DNA of 64,000 bases from NCBI GenBank assembly GCA_945890715.1, contig CAMDCX010000004.1:6157-70156 (forward strand), read 5' to 3'. A program made the position numbers and the translations under genes. Numbering within the stretch: position 1 is the stretch's first letter; each line of letters starts with the position of its first letter. This document shows positions 35,788-45,415 of the stretch, in pieces. The stretch is from PVC group bacterium (GTDB lineage: Bacteria; Verrucomicrobiota; Kiritimatiellia; CAIKKV01; CAITUY01). The notes beneath the pieces were generated by a model. That model searched no databases. It saw only the letters and a program-made list of their open reading frames with translations, and was not told where the DNA came from.

Positions 35788-36657
35788 ATGTTTACAGGCG
35801 CCTATACAGCAATTGTCACCCCCTTCAACCGGGATGGCCGTGTGGATTACGGGAAACTCCGGGAACTGATCGCCCTGCAGATTGCGGCAGGGATCGACGG
35901 AATTGTCCCTGTGGGCACCACCGGCGAATCCCCCACGGTCGATTTCGATGAACACGAAAAAATTGTGGAAGTCACCATCGCGGCCTGCAAGGGCAAAATC
36001 AAGGTCATCGCCGGAACCGGCGCCAATTCGACCGCCGAGGCCATTCAACTGACGAAGCACGCCCTTTCAGCGGGGGCGGATGGCACACTCCAGGTGACGC
36101 CTTACTACAACAAGCCGAATCAGGAGGGGCTCTACCGCCACTTCTCCGCTGTGGCCGATCTCGGTCTGCCGGTTGTGCTGTACAATGTACCCGGCCGCTC
36201 GGCCCGGGAAATAGATGTGGCGACCATCGCCCGCCTATCGAAACACCCGAAAATCGTTTGCGTGAAGGAGGCGGGTGGCAGCGTGGATCGCGTCAGCCAG
36301 ATCCTGCGAGCCTGCCCCATCACCGTGCTGTCGGGCGACGACTCCCTGACGCTCCCCATGATGTCATTAGGCGCCAAGGGAATCGTCAGCGTCGCCTCCA
36401 ACATCGCCCCTAAGGCCGTTGCCGACATGGTTCATGCCGCTGCGGCAGGACGGTGGAACGAGGCGCTCGCTCTTCACATGAAGTATTACCGGCTCTTTAC
36501 AGACATTTTCATCGACACCAATCCCATCCCGATCAAGGCCGCCATGGCCATGACCGGCCTGATTGAGGAAACCTACCGGCTTCCGCTCTGCGAGACCACG
36601 GACGCCAATAAGGCGAAACTGGCGGAATGTTTAAGAGAAGTCGGGCTCCTCAAGTAA
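35788..36657 (+). CDS. dapA: 4-hydroxy-tetrahydrodipicolinate synthase
   Basis: 'AIVTPF', 'GTTGESPT', 'TPYYNKP' and 'VCVKEA' (Schiff-base Lys). 289 aa. Confidence 0.93.
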   Translation: MFTGAYTAIVTPFNRDGRVDYGKLRELIALQIAAGIDGIVPVGTTGESPTVDFDEHEKIVEVTIAACKGKIKVIAGTGANSTAEAIQLTKHALSAGADGTLQVTPYYNKPNQEGLYRHFSAVADLGLPVVLYNVPGRSAREIDVATIARLSKHPKIVCVKEAGGSVDRVSQILRACPITVLSGDDSLTLPMMSLGAKGIVSVASNIAPKAVADMVHAAAAGRWNEALALHMKYYRLFTDIFIDTNPIPIKAAMAMTGLIEETYRLPLCETTDANKAKLAECLREVGLLK

Positions 36658-37621
36658 CCAGTATGGCGGCCATATCAGGGGGCAATGGCGCTTCGAAATG
36701 CATGAGCTGATCCGTACCGGGATGCCGGAATTCCAATTCCATGGCGTGAAGGGCCTGGCGATCCATCCTGAGTCGCCGCCGATCCTCCGGCGTCAGGGAG
36801 TCGGTACAGAACCGGAGAAACATCATCGGGTCGGGCCCGTAAAGTTTATCGCCCACAACCGGAAATCCAAGTGAATGCAGCGTCGCCCGAATCTGATGGA
36901 GCCGCCCTGTGTGTAGAATGGCCTCCACTTCGCTCACCCCATTCACCTCATTCAACCGCCTGAAATCCGTTTCCGCCCACTCCGCCCCGAGAGGGGCGTC
37001 GGGGGACAGGAGTCGGGGTTCAGGGGGCAGGGTTGAGGGATCAAATCGCCGCCGTTTATGAACCCCGGATTCCGGGTCAGGCCTCATCCAACCCCGCGCC
37101 TGGAGTGAGTCGGGGAACTTTCCCACCACCAGAACGATATAACGTTTCACCACTTGCCTCCGGGCGAACTGGGCGCGGCACTTGGCTTCCACCCCGGCAT
37201 GTTTCGCCACGACAAGCAGTCCCGAGGTTTCCCGATCCAGCCGGTTGATCAGGATCGGGGACTCCAAACAGTGACGTGTCTTAAGGAGTGCCCAGAGCGT
37301 ATGATTGAAATAGCGCCCGGCGGGGTGGCAGGGCAGGTTAGCAGGCTTGTTGATAACCATCAGGTCATAATCTTCAAACACAATCGCAATATCAAAACAC
37401 ACCGGAGGCTCGGTGACATCCTGTGCAATAAACTCCACCGTTTCGCCAGCCAGTAAAAGCCTATCTGCCGCCGCAGGCGTATCATTAACCAAAACCCTTC
37501 TTTCCCCAATCCGCTCGTTCCATTGATCCCGGGTGTGGTAGGTGAACCGGCTCGTCAGAAATTCCAGCAGGGCGACCTCTTTCTGGCCCGGGGGCAGGGT
37601 AAGTTTGATGCGTCTTTTCAT
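36650..37621 (-). CDS. RluA-family pseudouridine synthase
   Basis: 'HRLDRETSGLLVVAK' carries the catalytic Asp, plus 'GRLHQIRATLHSLGFPVVGDKLYG'. It overlaps the convergent dapA end by 8 nt. Confidence 0.88.
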   Translation of the reverse strand: MKRRIKLTLPPGQKEVALLEFLTSRFTYHTRDQWNERIGERRVLVNDTPAAADRLLLAGETVEFIAQDVTEPPVCFDIAIVFEDYDLMVINKPANLPCHPAGRYFNHTLWALLKTRHCLESPILINRLDRETSGLLVVAKHAGVEAKCRAQFARRQVVKRYIVLVVGKFPDSLQARGWMRPDPESGVHKRRRFDPSTLPPEPRLLSPDAPLGAEWAETDFRRLNEVNGVSEVEAILHTGRLHQIRATLHSLGFPVVGDKLYGPDPMMFLRFCTDSLTPEDRRRLRMDRQALHAMELEFRHPGTDQLMHFEAPLPPDMAAILVT

Positions 37622-37632
37622 AACCCCACTGC

Positions 37633-38949
37633 CTAGAAACTACAGCTGCCATCTGAACTGAGCATTTTCTTTCTGGAATTCAGATTCAACAACAAGGGAA
37701 TCAGCTTCATGCGGTGACGACGGGTGTAACGCCGCACAATAGAGCCTATCGAATAGAATCGCTTATTAGCCTGTTTGACCAGTGCATCCGAAATACACGG
37801 TTTGTCGGAATATTTGACCAGCGACCGGATTCCTGTTCCGAGGTGGAGCCACCACTGATTATCAACAAGTTGATTCCGCTCCTTCATTCGCCCGAACAAG
37901 GCGGTTCCCGGAAAGGGCGTCAGGCGGAAAAAAGCGGCCAGATCCACTTTATTCTGAATCAGAAAATTCACCGTTGAGTCCACGGTGCGGGAATCGTCGT
38001 GCTCCAGTCCGAACATGATGCTGGCATACACTCCGATCGAGTGCTTGCGGAGCATCCGGATCAGATTGGCGTATTCATCCGGCTTGTTGAATTGCTTATT
38101 GAATTCAGCGAGACTGCGGGGATCAAGACTCTCCACCCCGATAAACGCCATGAAACATCCCGCCCGGGCGGTTGCCCGGACCAATTCATCCCTCTGGCGG
38201 GCCGTGGTATCGATCTGGCACATGAACCGGATTTTCAGCGGCTCCAGAGCTTCGCAAAGCTCCTGAGTTCTTTTGGGATTGGCAAAAAAATTGTCATCCG
38301 TGAAGAAAATAGCCCGCCCTTTGCTGGCCTTGATTTCGGCAACCACCTCCGGAATCGGACGGAACCGGATCCGTTTCCCCCAGAACCGGGTCACACTGCA
38401 GAAATCACAATTATGGGGACACCCGCGCGTCGTCTGAACCGGCAGCATGGGAAGATCGCTGAACGGAAGTTTGACATAGCGATCCGCCGCGATCAGATCG
38501 TAACGGGGAAAAGGCAGTCCTTCCAGAGACTCACGCGCCGGGCGATTGTACGATTTCTGGAGCGTTCCGCGTTCGACATCCGCCAGCAACTCAGGCCAGG
38601 AATCCTCGGCCTCCCCCAGCACCAGCGCATCCACGTGCTCCATGGCCTCTTCGGGAAGTGTTGAGGCATGGATTCCGCCCATGACAACCTTCACTCCGCG
38701 GCGACGGTACTCGTCCGCAATTTCATAGGCGCGCCGGATATTGATACTGGTGGACGTGATGCCGACCAAATCCACAGGGTCATCAAAATTGAGCGTCTGG
38801 ATCGCCTCATCCACAACGGACACCCCATGGTGCGGCGGCACAAGGCCAGCCAGAAAAAGCGGTGTTAACGGCGGCATCATCGCTTTCGCCGGTCGAAACA
38901 GGTCTCCGTCGGGGGTATAGAACGTCGGACAAATTAATTTGATCTTCAT
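37633..38949 (-). CDS. B12-binding-domain (class B) radical SAM protein
   Basis: N-terminal B12-like Rossmann region ('DLVGITSTS..', 'VVMGGIHAS'), the cluster motif 'TTRGCPHNCDFCS', 'FIGVES', and a C-terminal DUF4070-like tail. Confidence 0.85.
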   Translation of the reverse strand: MKIKLICPTFYTPDGDLFRPAKAMMPPLTPLFLAGLVPPHHGVSVVDEAIQTLNFDDPVDLVGITSTSINIRRAYEIADEYRRRGVKVVMGGIHASTLPEEAMEHVDALVLGEAEDSWPELLADVERGTLQKSYNRPARESLEGLPFPRYDLIAADRYVKLPFSDLPMLPVQTTRGCPHNCDFCSVTRFWGKRIRFRPIPEVVAEIKASKGRAIFFTDDNFFANPKRTQELCEALEPLKIRFMCQIDTTARQRDELVRATARAGCFMAFIGVESLDPRSLAEFNKQFNKPDEYANLIRMLRKHSIGVYASIMFGLEHDDSRTVDSTVNFLIQNKVDLAAFFRLTPFPGTALFGRMKERNQLVDNQWWLHLGTGIRSLVKYSDKPCISDALVKQANKRFYSIGSIVRRYTRRHRMKLIPLLLNLNSRKKMLSSDGSCSF

Positions 38950-39083
38950 GAACCGCTCCTCCGCTAGTCATTCACTCCGGAACTTATTGTTTTACGATCC
39001 CAGTTGCAAGCCGGAGGAATGCGTGTTTCTTGACTTTCCCGCTCAGTTTGTCTTCACTGGGCACTTGCAACGGAGAGAACACC

Positions 39084-40097
39084 ATGCCCCATACTTCATA
39101 CGGGACCTTGTTACAGGGAGAGGCGAATCTGATGGATCGCCAGTTCGAGGCGTTTCAAGCCCAGCCGGTGGATCAGGAATGGATTCCTGAACTCAAGGAG
39201 GCCGATCGTTTTCAGACCACGATCAACCGCCCCATTTCCGTTACCGGCCCCGGCACCTTTTTCGGACGCGCCCAGCGCACCCTCCACCTTGAACCCTCAA
39301 CCACGGGGGGCTGGTGGTTCGATCGCACGGACCTTCGCGACGCCATGCCCATCAAGGTAGCAGCCAACAACGTCTGGACCACCCAGCGCAATATCGTTCT
39401 CTGCAGTGGCTCGCCCCACAACTATATGCGCATGGTAGAACATATCGTCGCCCTGCGCCTCGCCTTGAACGTGGATAACCTGATGATCCGCATGGATTCA
39501 GGCGATCCGCCGCTGTTTAACCGGGGCAGCCTGGATCTCGTGGAGGCCATCGAACAGGCAGGCATCAAAAAAACAAGTCAGCCCACCCATTACGTAACCG
39601 TCAAAAAACCCGTCTCCATGATCGCACCCAACGGGAGTTTTCTCGTGTTCAAACCCTGTACGGACACGGTTCCCGCGCTGAACCTGGATGTCGCTGTTAA
39701 TTTCAAGACCGCGATCGGCAAGCAACGCCTGCGCCTCCGGCTTACCCCGGAAACCGGCCGCTATGGCTCACTGGCGCGCACCAACTGTTCTTTCACGCAG
39801 ATGCTGTTTGCTAAAACCATCGGCAAGCTTTTCGCGGATGTCCGGAACCTCGGCTACACCAACAAGAACATCCTGGTCGCCGGCCGCCGGAGCTATTACA
39901 ACACCCCCACGATGATCCACAACGGAAAGGCGCTGGAAGCCGTCTGGCATCGCGCCATTCTGGATCTGGTGGCGGCCATTGCCCTGATCGACACCGGGCG
40001 GTTCGTCGGCGATGTGTATTCCTATAAAGCCGGCCACACCCTGGATGTGGTGATGGTGCGGAAATTATTTGAAGACAATCTTTTATGCCCTTTATAA
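39084..40097 (+). CDS. LpxC-like zinc deacetylase paralogue (divergent)
   Basis: ATG 39084 with a GGAGAG RBS. It aligns by eye to E. coli LpxC across 'VTGPGTFFGR..L.L.P', 'FDRTDL', 'MVEHIVAL', 'LARTNCSF', 'WHRAILD' and 'YKAGHTL'. Confidence 0.75.
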   Translation: MPHTSYGTLLQGEANLMDRQFEAFQAQPVDQEWIPELKEADRFQTTINRPISVTGPGTFFGRAQRTLHLEPSTTGGWWFDRTDLRDAMPIKVAANNVWTTQRNIVLCSGSPHNYMRMVEHIVALRLALNVDNLMIRMDSGDPPLFNRGSLDLVEAIEQAGIKKTSQPTHYVTVKKPVSMIAPNGSFLVFKPCTDTVPALNLDVAVNFKTAIGKQRLRLRLTPETGRYGSLARTNCSFTQMLFAKTIGKLFADVRNLGYTNKNILVAGRRSYYNTPTMIHNGKALEAVWHRAILDLVAAIALIDTGRFVGDVYSYKAGHTLDVVMVRKLFEDNLLCPL

Positions 40098-40117
40098 TTA
40101 AGGGAAAGGGGTGAGGC

Positions 40118-41791
40118 ATGGCGGCGGGGGAACTGAAACGCTGGCTTCTGGTTAATTATGCGGGGTATCCCTATGCCCCTAATAGTCTGATGCCCGATAA
40201 CGGCCTTGCCAACTTGGCTGGAGCTCTTTTGGCACAGGGATGCGAGGTCGAGATTCTCGACTATTGTACCGTAAGCACGATTCAACGGATGACATCCCCC
40301 GAATTACGCGCGCGTCTTTCGCGCGCCTGGAATACATTACGTGGATCCGACCGGGGCATGACTGCGTCTGTCAGGAAGTTTGCCGCCATCGCATCACTCC
40401 CCGGGGCTGAAAAGGAACGTCGCCGCCTTCAGGATCTGGCGGTAACAGTCATAGGCAATGAACTGGTCAGCCATATCCGGGGAAAAAGCATTGACGCTGT
40501 GGGGTTCAAACTCTGGAACGGCGATGGATTGTCCGAATCAGGGCGGTTGGCCTCCATTCTTCGTAGACAGTTCCCCCGCTTAAAGCTTTTTGGAGGAGGA
40601 CCCCATGTGGATGTGTTTCAGGACCGTATTCTCCGCCACTATCCGGACTTTGATGCCCTCGTCTATGGCGAGGGTGAAGAAACCATCCGTCATCTCGCCC
40701 TCAATGGCGGGGAGAGTTTGTCCTACGGCACAATTCCGAATCTAATCTTCACGACCAACGGCACAATTCAGATTACCGAGGAACGAATGATCGAGGATCT
40801 CGATCAACTCCCCATGCCGGTTTATGACCCGGCCATCTATCCTGCAATGGAGGGACATGACAAGGTCAAGGTCATCGTTATTGATGAAAGTCGGGGATGC
40901 CGAAACGAGTGTGCCTTCTGCATTCATCCGATTAAAAGTCATCGTCGTATCCGGCTTAAGAGCATTCCTCGCCTGCTTCTAGAGGTGAAGGAACTCGACC
41001 GGCGCCATGGTTTCCGTTCCTTCCGCTTCGCCGGCTCCTGTACTCCATATTCTTTACTGAACGAGTTTGCCGCCGGAATCATCCGGGAGAGACTCCCGGT
41101 TCGCTATGCTTCGTTCGCCCACATCCGGGATGCCGAAGAAGCGGATTTCGCGCTGATCAGACAATCCGGAGGGGTGGCGCTTTTCTTCGGCATCGAGTCG
41201 TGTAGTCAAACGCTTCTTGACGGCATGCGAAAACACATCACGATTGCCGCCATTCAGGAAACCCTGAGGCGGTCACACGACGCGGGAATCTTCACGGTTG
41301 GCAGTCTCATTTTTCCAGCACCCGGCGAAACCACCGCAACCGAAGCGGAGACTTTGACCCTGTTGCCCAAGTTGTCCTTAAACGCCTTGATGCTTCAGGC
41401 ACCCATCGTGACGCCACGGACATCATGGTTCGAGGAGCCTGAGCAATACGGGATCGGTATTCCCGACAAGGAGCTTTATCTCGAGATGGGCATGAAGTGG
41501 AAAGTCAAACTGCAACTGCCGCCCCGTTTTTGGGATTCCATTCCACTCTCGATTGGAGGGCGTTCCTTCAAACAGGTATTGGCCAAGGCCGGTGAAATGG
41601 GGCGAAAAATTAGCGGCATGAGCATCCCGACCTCCATTTCAGATGAAACCTACCTCATGAGCCTCAATGCCGGAATGGATCCCGTAAAATTCCGCGACAA
41701 TGCGCTGGCGGCCTTCTATTCCGGCGACACAACGGCCATTCAGGATTTGGTGATAGCCATCAACGGTTCTGGTGCAGAATCTTCCAGATGA
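40118..41791 (+). CDS. B12-binding-domain (class B) radical SAM protein
   Basis: 557 aa. 'ESRGCRNECAFCIHP' is the CxxxCxxC motif, plus 'FFGIESCSQTLLDGMRK'. The N-terminal domain is B12-like. It starts 20 nt after the LpxC-like gene. Confidence 0.85.
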   Translation: MAAGELKRWLLVNYAGYPYAPNSLMPDNGLANLAGALLAQGCEVEILDYCTVSTIQRMTSPELRARLSRAWNTLRGSDRGMTASVRKFAAIASLPGAEKERRRLQDLAVTVIGNELVSHIRGKSIDAVGFKLWNGDGLSESGRLASILRRQFPRLKLFGGGPHVDVFQDRILRHYPDFDALVYGEGEETIRHLALNGGESLSYGTIPNLIFTTNGTIQITEERMIEDLDQLPMPVYDPAIYPAMEGHDKVKVIVIDESRGCRNECAFCIHPIKSHRRIRLKSIPRLLLEVKELDRRHGFRSFRFAGSCTPYSLLNEFAAGIIRERLPVRYASFAHIRDAEEADFALIRQSGGVALFFGIESCSQTLLDGMRKHITIAAIQETLRRSHDAGIFTVGSLIFPAPGETTATEAETLTLLPKLSLNALMLQAPIVTPRTSWFEEPEQYGIGIPDKELYLEMGMKWKVKLQLPPRFWDSIPLSIGGRSFKQVLAKAGEMGRKISGMSIPTSISDETYLMSLNAGMDPVKFRDNALAAFYSGDTTAIQDLVIAINGSGAESSR

Positions 41792-41806
41792 CCCGGGTTC
41801 GCCCTT

Positions 41807-42892
41807 TTATTTTATTCCAACAATGACCCCATGATCCCGGATAAGTTTCTGAACGACTATCTTGCGGAAGCCGACTTCCTTCATCCATGACTCATACTCA
41901 GACCACGTGTAAAGCATGCCTTCACCCGTCGCCAATGTCAGAAAATAGGGAGAGCCCATGGCCGCACTCAGCGGCCCAGTTTCAGTGTCATCCTGCATCA
42001 TATTGAAAATCATGGCGGCTCCTCCCGAAGGGAGCGACTCATAGGCTTTTCGAAGCAGAGCCCTATTCTTGACTTCCGACCAGATGGTCATGAAATGGCA
42101 GAACAAAATGCAGTCCATCCCCGCTGGGAACGGATCTGAGAAACAGTTTCCGGACACGGCATTAAGACGATCCTCAAGCCCGGCTTTCATGATATTGTCA
42201 GTCGCGAGCGCACACACACTGGGCCAATCAAAAACAGACGCCCTGAGCCCGGGATTTCGACTGGCCAGATTGATGATATTGGTCGCATTTCCTCCTCCCA
42301 CATCCAGCACATGTGAAAACCTTGAAAAATCCACCGATTCAACGAGCAAGTGATTCGCCTGTACAGAGATGGTCTGCATCGCATCCTGGAAGATTTTTTC
42401 AAGTTCTGGATTGGCCGACAACCGTTCGTAAAGAGTCGCCCCCTGTCCTGATATTTCATCCAGTCCGACATTCCGATTCCCCCTTAGGGCTTCTCCAAAG
42501 TGGAACATAGCCCGATAGTTAATGAAATGTTGCCACCGGATGACGGCCAGGAAATTCCTGGGATGGTCTGCGTTCAACAGCATATCAGCAAGCCGCGTAT
42601 TCCCATATCGCCCGTCGCGGTGTCGGCGCACCAGCCCTAATGCTGAGCATCCCAGCAAAAGAATTCTAACCGGCTTTTCTGCAATCCCAAGCATGGAGGC
42701 AATCGCCTCCCGACTCAACGGTCCTTTGCGGGCAAGCTGCGTGAACAAGTCCAATTGTACAGCGGCGCTCAAGGTTTGAAAATAGATATGCCCACCCATC
42801 ACCAGGCACACCTGACGAAGTGTGGAGCCAAGGAAAATCCGTTCCCCCGCCCGCGCCATCCAGTTCTTGATCGTATTTTTAAATAGACTCAT
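41807..42892 (-). CDS. Class I SAM-dependent methyltransferase, O-methyltransferase family 2 (CrtF/BchU-like architecture)
   Basis: An N-terminal winged-helix dimerisation region and the SAM motif 'VLDVGGGNATNIINLA'. ATG 42892 is preferred over the GTG at 42910. Confidence 0.85.
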   Translation of the reverse strand: MSLFKNTIKNWMARAGERIFLGSTLRQVCLVMGGHIYFQTLSAAVQLDLFTQLARKGPLSREAIASMLGIAEKPVRILLLGCSALGLVRRHRDGRYGNTRLADMLLNADHPRNFLAVIRWQHFINYRAMFHFGEALRGNRNVGLDEISGQGATLYERLSANPELEKIFQDAMQTISVQANHLLVESVDFSRFSHVLDVGGGNATNIINLASRNPGLRASVFDWPSVCALATDNIMKAGLEDRLNAVSGNCFSDPFPAGMDCILFCHFMTIWSEVKNRALLRKAYESLPSGGAAMIFNMMQDDTETGPLSAAMGSPYFLTLATGEGMLYTWSEYESWMKEVGFRKIVVQKLIRDHGVIVGIK

Positions 42893-42931
42893 CCCATCCC
42901 TCTTCAACACTCTTATGATTTGACAACGAGA

Positions 42932-44104
42932 TCAACCGGCTTGGTGCGGAAGGGCCAGTATTATCCGAGTCCCTTGTCCGGGCTGACTCTCGATTCGGAG
43001 CGTTCCGCCATGCGCTTCTGCCACCTGCCGGGCAATAAACATCCCCAATCCCGTCCCCCCGTGTTTATTTTTCGTGGTGTAAAAAGGCTCACACACTTTC
43101 CGGATCTGATCCTCAGTCATCCCGTGGCCATTATCCTCCACGACAATTTCAACACCCTGTCCACTCTCCCGGCATGCAATTCGAACCCATCCCTTTTTTG
43201 AGTAAACCGCATGAATGGCGTTGGTGACCAGATTTTGGAGCGCGCGGGTCAGTTGAACCTGATCGGCTTCAATCACAGGCTCAGGCGTCCCGATATCCGC
43301 CGACACTTCCACCCCATGTTCCCCCGCCACCACCCGGCCGTCTTTCATAACGAATTGAAGCAAACTCCCCAGTTTCACAGGCGTCCGATGCAGGGAGCCC
43401 CGACTGACATTCAACCACATCTCGGACAGGTTTTTGCACAGCATGGCGTTTTCTTCGATAATCCCGATATAATCCGAGGGATTCTCCTGATTTTGCCCCG
43501 GAGCCCCAGCGGGATTCTTAACCCATTCCGAAAGCAATCCGAGATACCCCATGATTGACGTCAGCGGATTCCTGAGATCATGAACCAATTCCGCCGACTT
43601 CTGTCCCAGCGTGGCCAGCCGCTCATTGCGGACGAGTTCATTTTTAAGGACTTCGTTCATCCGTCCCAAGTCCGTCTCCACATGCTGCCGCCGCCGCTCC
43701 TGCTGGGTGCGCCCAACACGATTCCGGATGATTTCCCGAATTTCGAAGGCATCAAACGGTTTCTTGATGTATTCATTGGCGCCAAGCCGGATCGCCTCCT
43801 GGGCCGTCTCCAAAGCACCAAAGCCGGTAAACATGATGATGGAGACCACTCCGTCAATCTCCCGGATTGCCTTCAGCCCCTCGATCCCATTTTTGCCCGG
43901 CATACGGATATCCATGATCACCGTATCCGGGTGGTGCTCCTTGAGCAGGGCAACGCCCTCGTCCACCGATTCCGCACACAAGACCTGGTACTCCGGCTTC
44001 AGAAGAATCCGGAGGCTTTCCCGCGGCCCGCGCTCATCATCAATGACCAGCACCTTGGGCAGGGCTGCGGGAGCAGCGCCATCAGCCTTAGAAAGTGCGG
44101 ACAT
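42932..44104 (-). CDS. Hybrid receiver-histidine kinase (REC-HisKA-HATPase, no TM)
   Basis: REC motifs 'KVLVIDDE..' and 'VIMDIRMPG', an H-box 'LVHDLRNPLTS', and G-boxes 'DNGHGM' and 'GGTGLGMFIA'. Confidence 0.88.
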   Translation of the reverse strand: MSALSKADGAAPAALPKVLVIDDERGPRESLRILLKPEYQVLCAESVDEGVALLKEHHPDTVIMDIRMPGKNGIEGLKAIREIDGVVSIIMFTGFGALETAQEAIRLGANEYIKKPFDAFEIREIIRNRVGRTQQERRRQHVETDLGRMNEVLKNELVRNERLATLGQKSAELVHDLRNPLTSIMGYLGLLSEWVKNPAGAPGQNQENPSDYIGIIEENAMLCKNLSEMWLNVSRGSLHRTPVKLGSLLQFVMKDGRVVAGEHGVEVSADIGTPEPVIEADQVQLTRALQNLVTNAIHAVYSKKGWVRIACRESGQGVEIVVEDNGHGMTEDQIRKVCEPFYTTKNKHGGTGLGMFIARQVAEAHGGTLRIESQPGQGTRIILALPHQAG

Positions 44105-45353
44105 AGGATACGCTCATGAGATGCGAGGTGGTTTCGTAAGTCCCGTTATACGCGGGATTCTGATCCTTCATCACGTCGCGATCTCCGATGAAGCTATAGC
44201 CGTAGGCAAGATCAATCCGATCCGGACCACGATGCCAGCCGGTTCCCAGCGTGACAACATGCCGGTCTGCATCGGGAAGTGTGGGAGCCAAAGTTTCTTC
44301 AGGCACCGGGCTCTGAAGGAAGATATAACCGGCGCGCAACGTTATCGCCTCGGCAACTTTCCAATCCGCCCCCAATCCAAACGTCCACGTATCCTTCCAA
44401 TTCTGACGCACCACCAGAGGCGCGCGGGGATTCGGGGAGGTCGGGCCATTTAACAGCGGATTGCTGTTGCCCGCATCAAGAGTCAGGGAGTCATACCGCG
44501 AGAACTCAATCCACTCCACATTCGCCTCGACCCTGACCGTATCGGACAACTCAATGCCATAACCAAGTCCCACGATGGTCGGAAACTCGATGGAGGATTC
44601 AAAATCACTCGAGGAACTCATTCCCATCGCCTGCGCCCCACTGAACTCACCGTCGCCCTCAAAGTCCACTTTGACCGGCGACCGGTACGTCAGGGCCAGA
44701 GACTGGGTCTTGGTCGGGCGAACCGTCACGGCGGCATTTCCGCCCACACCCGTTCCATCCCCCTGAAGATGCGCGGTCCCATCCGGCATGGCACCGCCTG
44801 TGAGCAGGGACCATGGCAGAACCTGCTTCATATCCAGCCGCGACAGATACACATCCAAACCGGCGGCAACCGAAACTTTTTCACCCAGCTTGGTCGCCAG
44901 AGTGGGATTGACATTGATTACCGTCAATTCCGCCGAGTAGGGCGCGGTGTAGCGAAACGCACCGGTTTTGTCCCAAACCGTAGACTGTCCGAACGGGCTC
45001 GTAATCCCCAAGCCGGCGGTAACGTTATGGTCCGATGAGGGCAATGCCATAAAAAGATTCGGAAGAAACTTCCAGGAATCTTCGGTTGAGGCCGTTCCCA
45101 TCGGCGAATGAAACTTGGTGCTCGTGTTAATGATCGTGACCGAGCCCATTGCCTGAGCTTCCTTGATTTCTGTCAGGTTGGCCGGATTGTGCTCCACCGC
45201 CGAAGCATCATCCACCTGGGCAATTTTTCCACCCACCCGTCCCAGGGCTTCCGCCCCGGCTGGTGGATTCCGAAATCCATTCGCCAATCCCAACGACCCC
45301 GCACACACTATAGACAGCCCAGTCATCACACCACTGTATCTTGTCATCTTCAT
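44088..45353 (-). CDS. FadL/TodX-family outer-membrane channel for hydrophobic compounds
   Basis: ATG 45353 with an AAAGGAG RBS and a signal peptide. 'GFRNPPAGAEALGRVGGKIAQVDDASAVEHNPANL' resembles the FadL N-terminal hatch. C-terminal '..SVSYVRTF'. It overlaps the next gene by 17 nt. Confidence 0.78.
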   Translation of the reverse strand: MKMTRYSGVMTGLSIVCAGSLGLANGFRNPPAGAEALGRVGGKIAQVDDASAVEHNPANLTEIKEAQAMGSVTIINTSTKFHSPMGTASTEDSWKFLPNLFMALPSSDHNVTAGLGITSPFGQSTVWDKTGAFRYTAPYSAELTVINVNPTLATKLGEKVSVAAGLDVYLSRLDMKQVLPWSLLTGGAMPDGTAHLQGDGTGVGGNAAVTVRPTKTQSLALTYRSPVKVDFEGDGEFSGAQAMGMSSSSDFESSIEFPTIVGLGYGIELSDTVRVEANVEWIEFSRYDSLTLDAGNSNPLLNGPTSPNPRAPLVVRQNWKDTWTFGLGADWKVAEAITLRAGYIFLQSPVPEETLAPTLPDADRHVVTLGTGWHRGPDRIDLAYGYSFIGDRDVMKDQNPAYNGTYETTSHLMSVSYVRTF

Positions 45354-45399
45354 AGCTATTTCTCCTTTGTTTAGTGTCCCCCAATGGCCAATTTTGATT

Positions 45400-45415
45400 A
45401 GCATCGAGAGTGCCA
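45400..45415 (-). promoter_or_regulatory. Sigma-54 (-24/-12) promoter for the FadL-like/REC-HK/OMT operon
   Basis: The minus strand reads TTGGCACTCTCGATGCTA, against the consensus TGGCAC-N5-TTGCW, with GG and GC at the correct spacing. It is about 47 nt upstream of ATG 45353. An NtrC-type activator is encoded 6 kb away. Confidence 0.6.

Noticed and set aside
39002-39079. The repeated TTGCAA(g)C(c)GGAG motif (39004-39017 and 39065-39076), and a 4-codon mini-ORF (39019-39033) with a perfect GGAGGA RBS, in the rSAM / LpxC-like divergent region.
   Set aside because: The repeats are short and include Shine-Dalgarno-like purine runs. A leader-peptide role cannot be supported from sequence alone.
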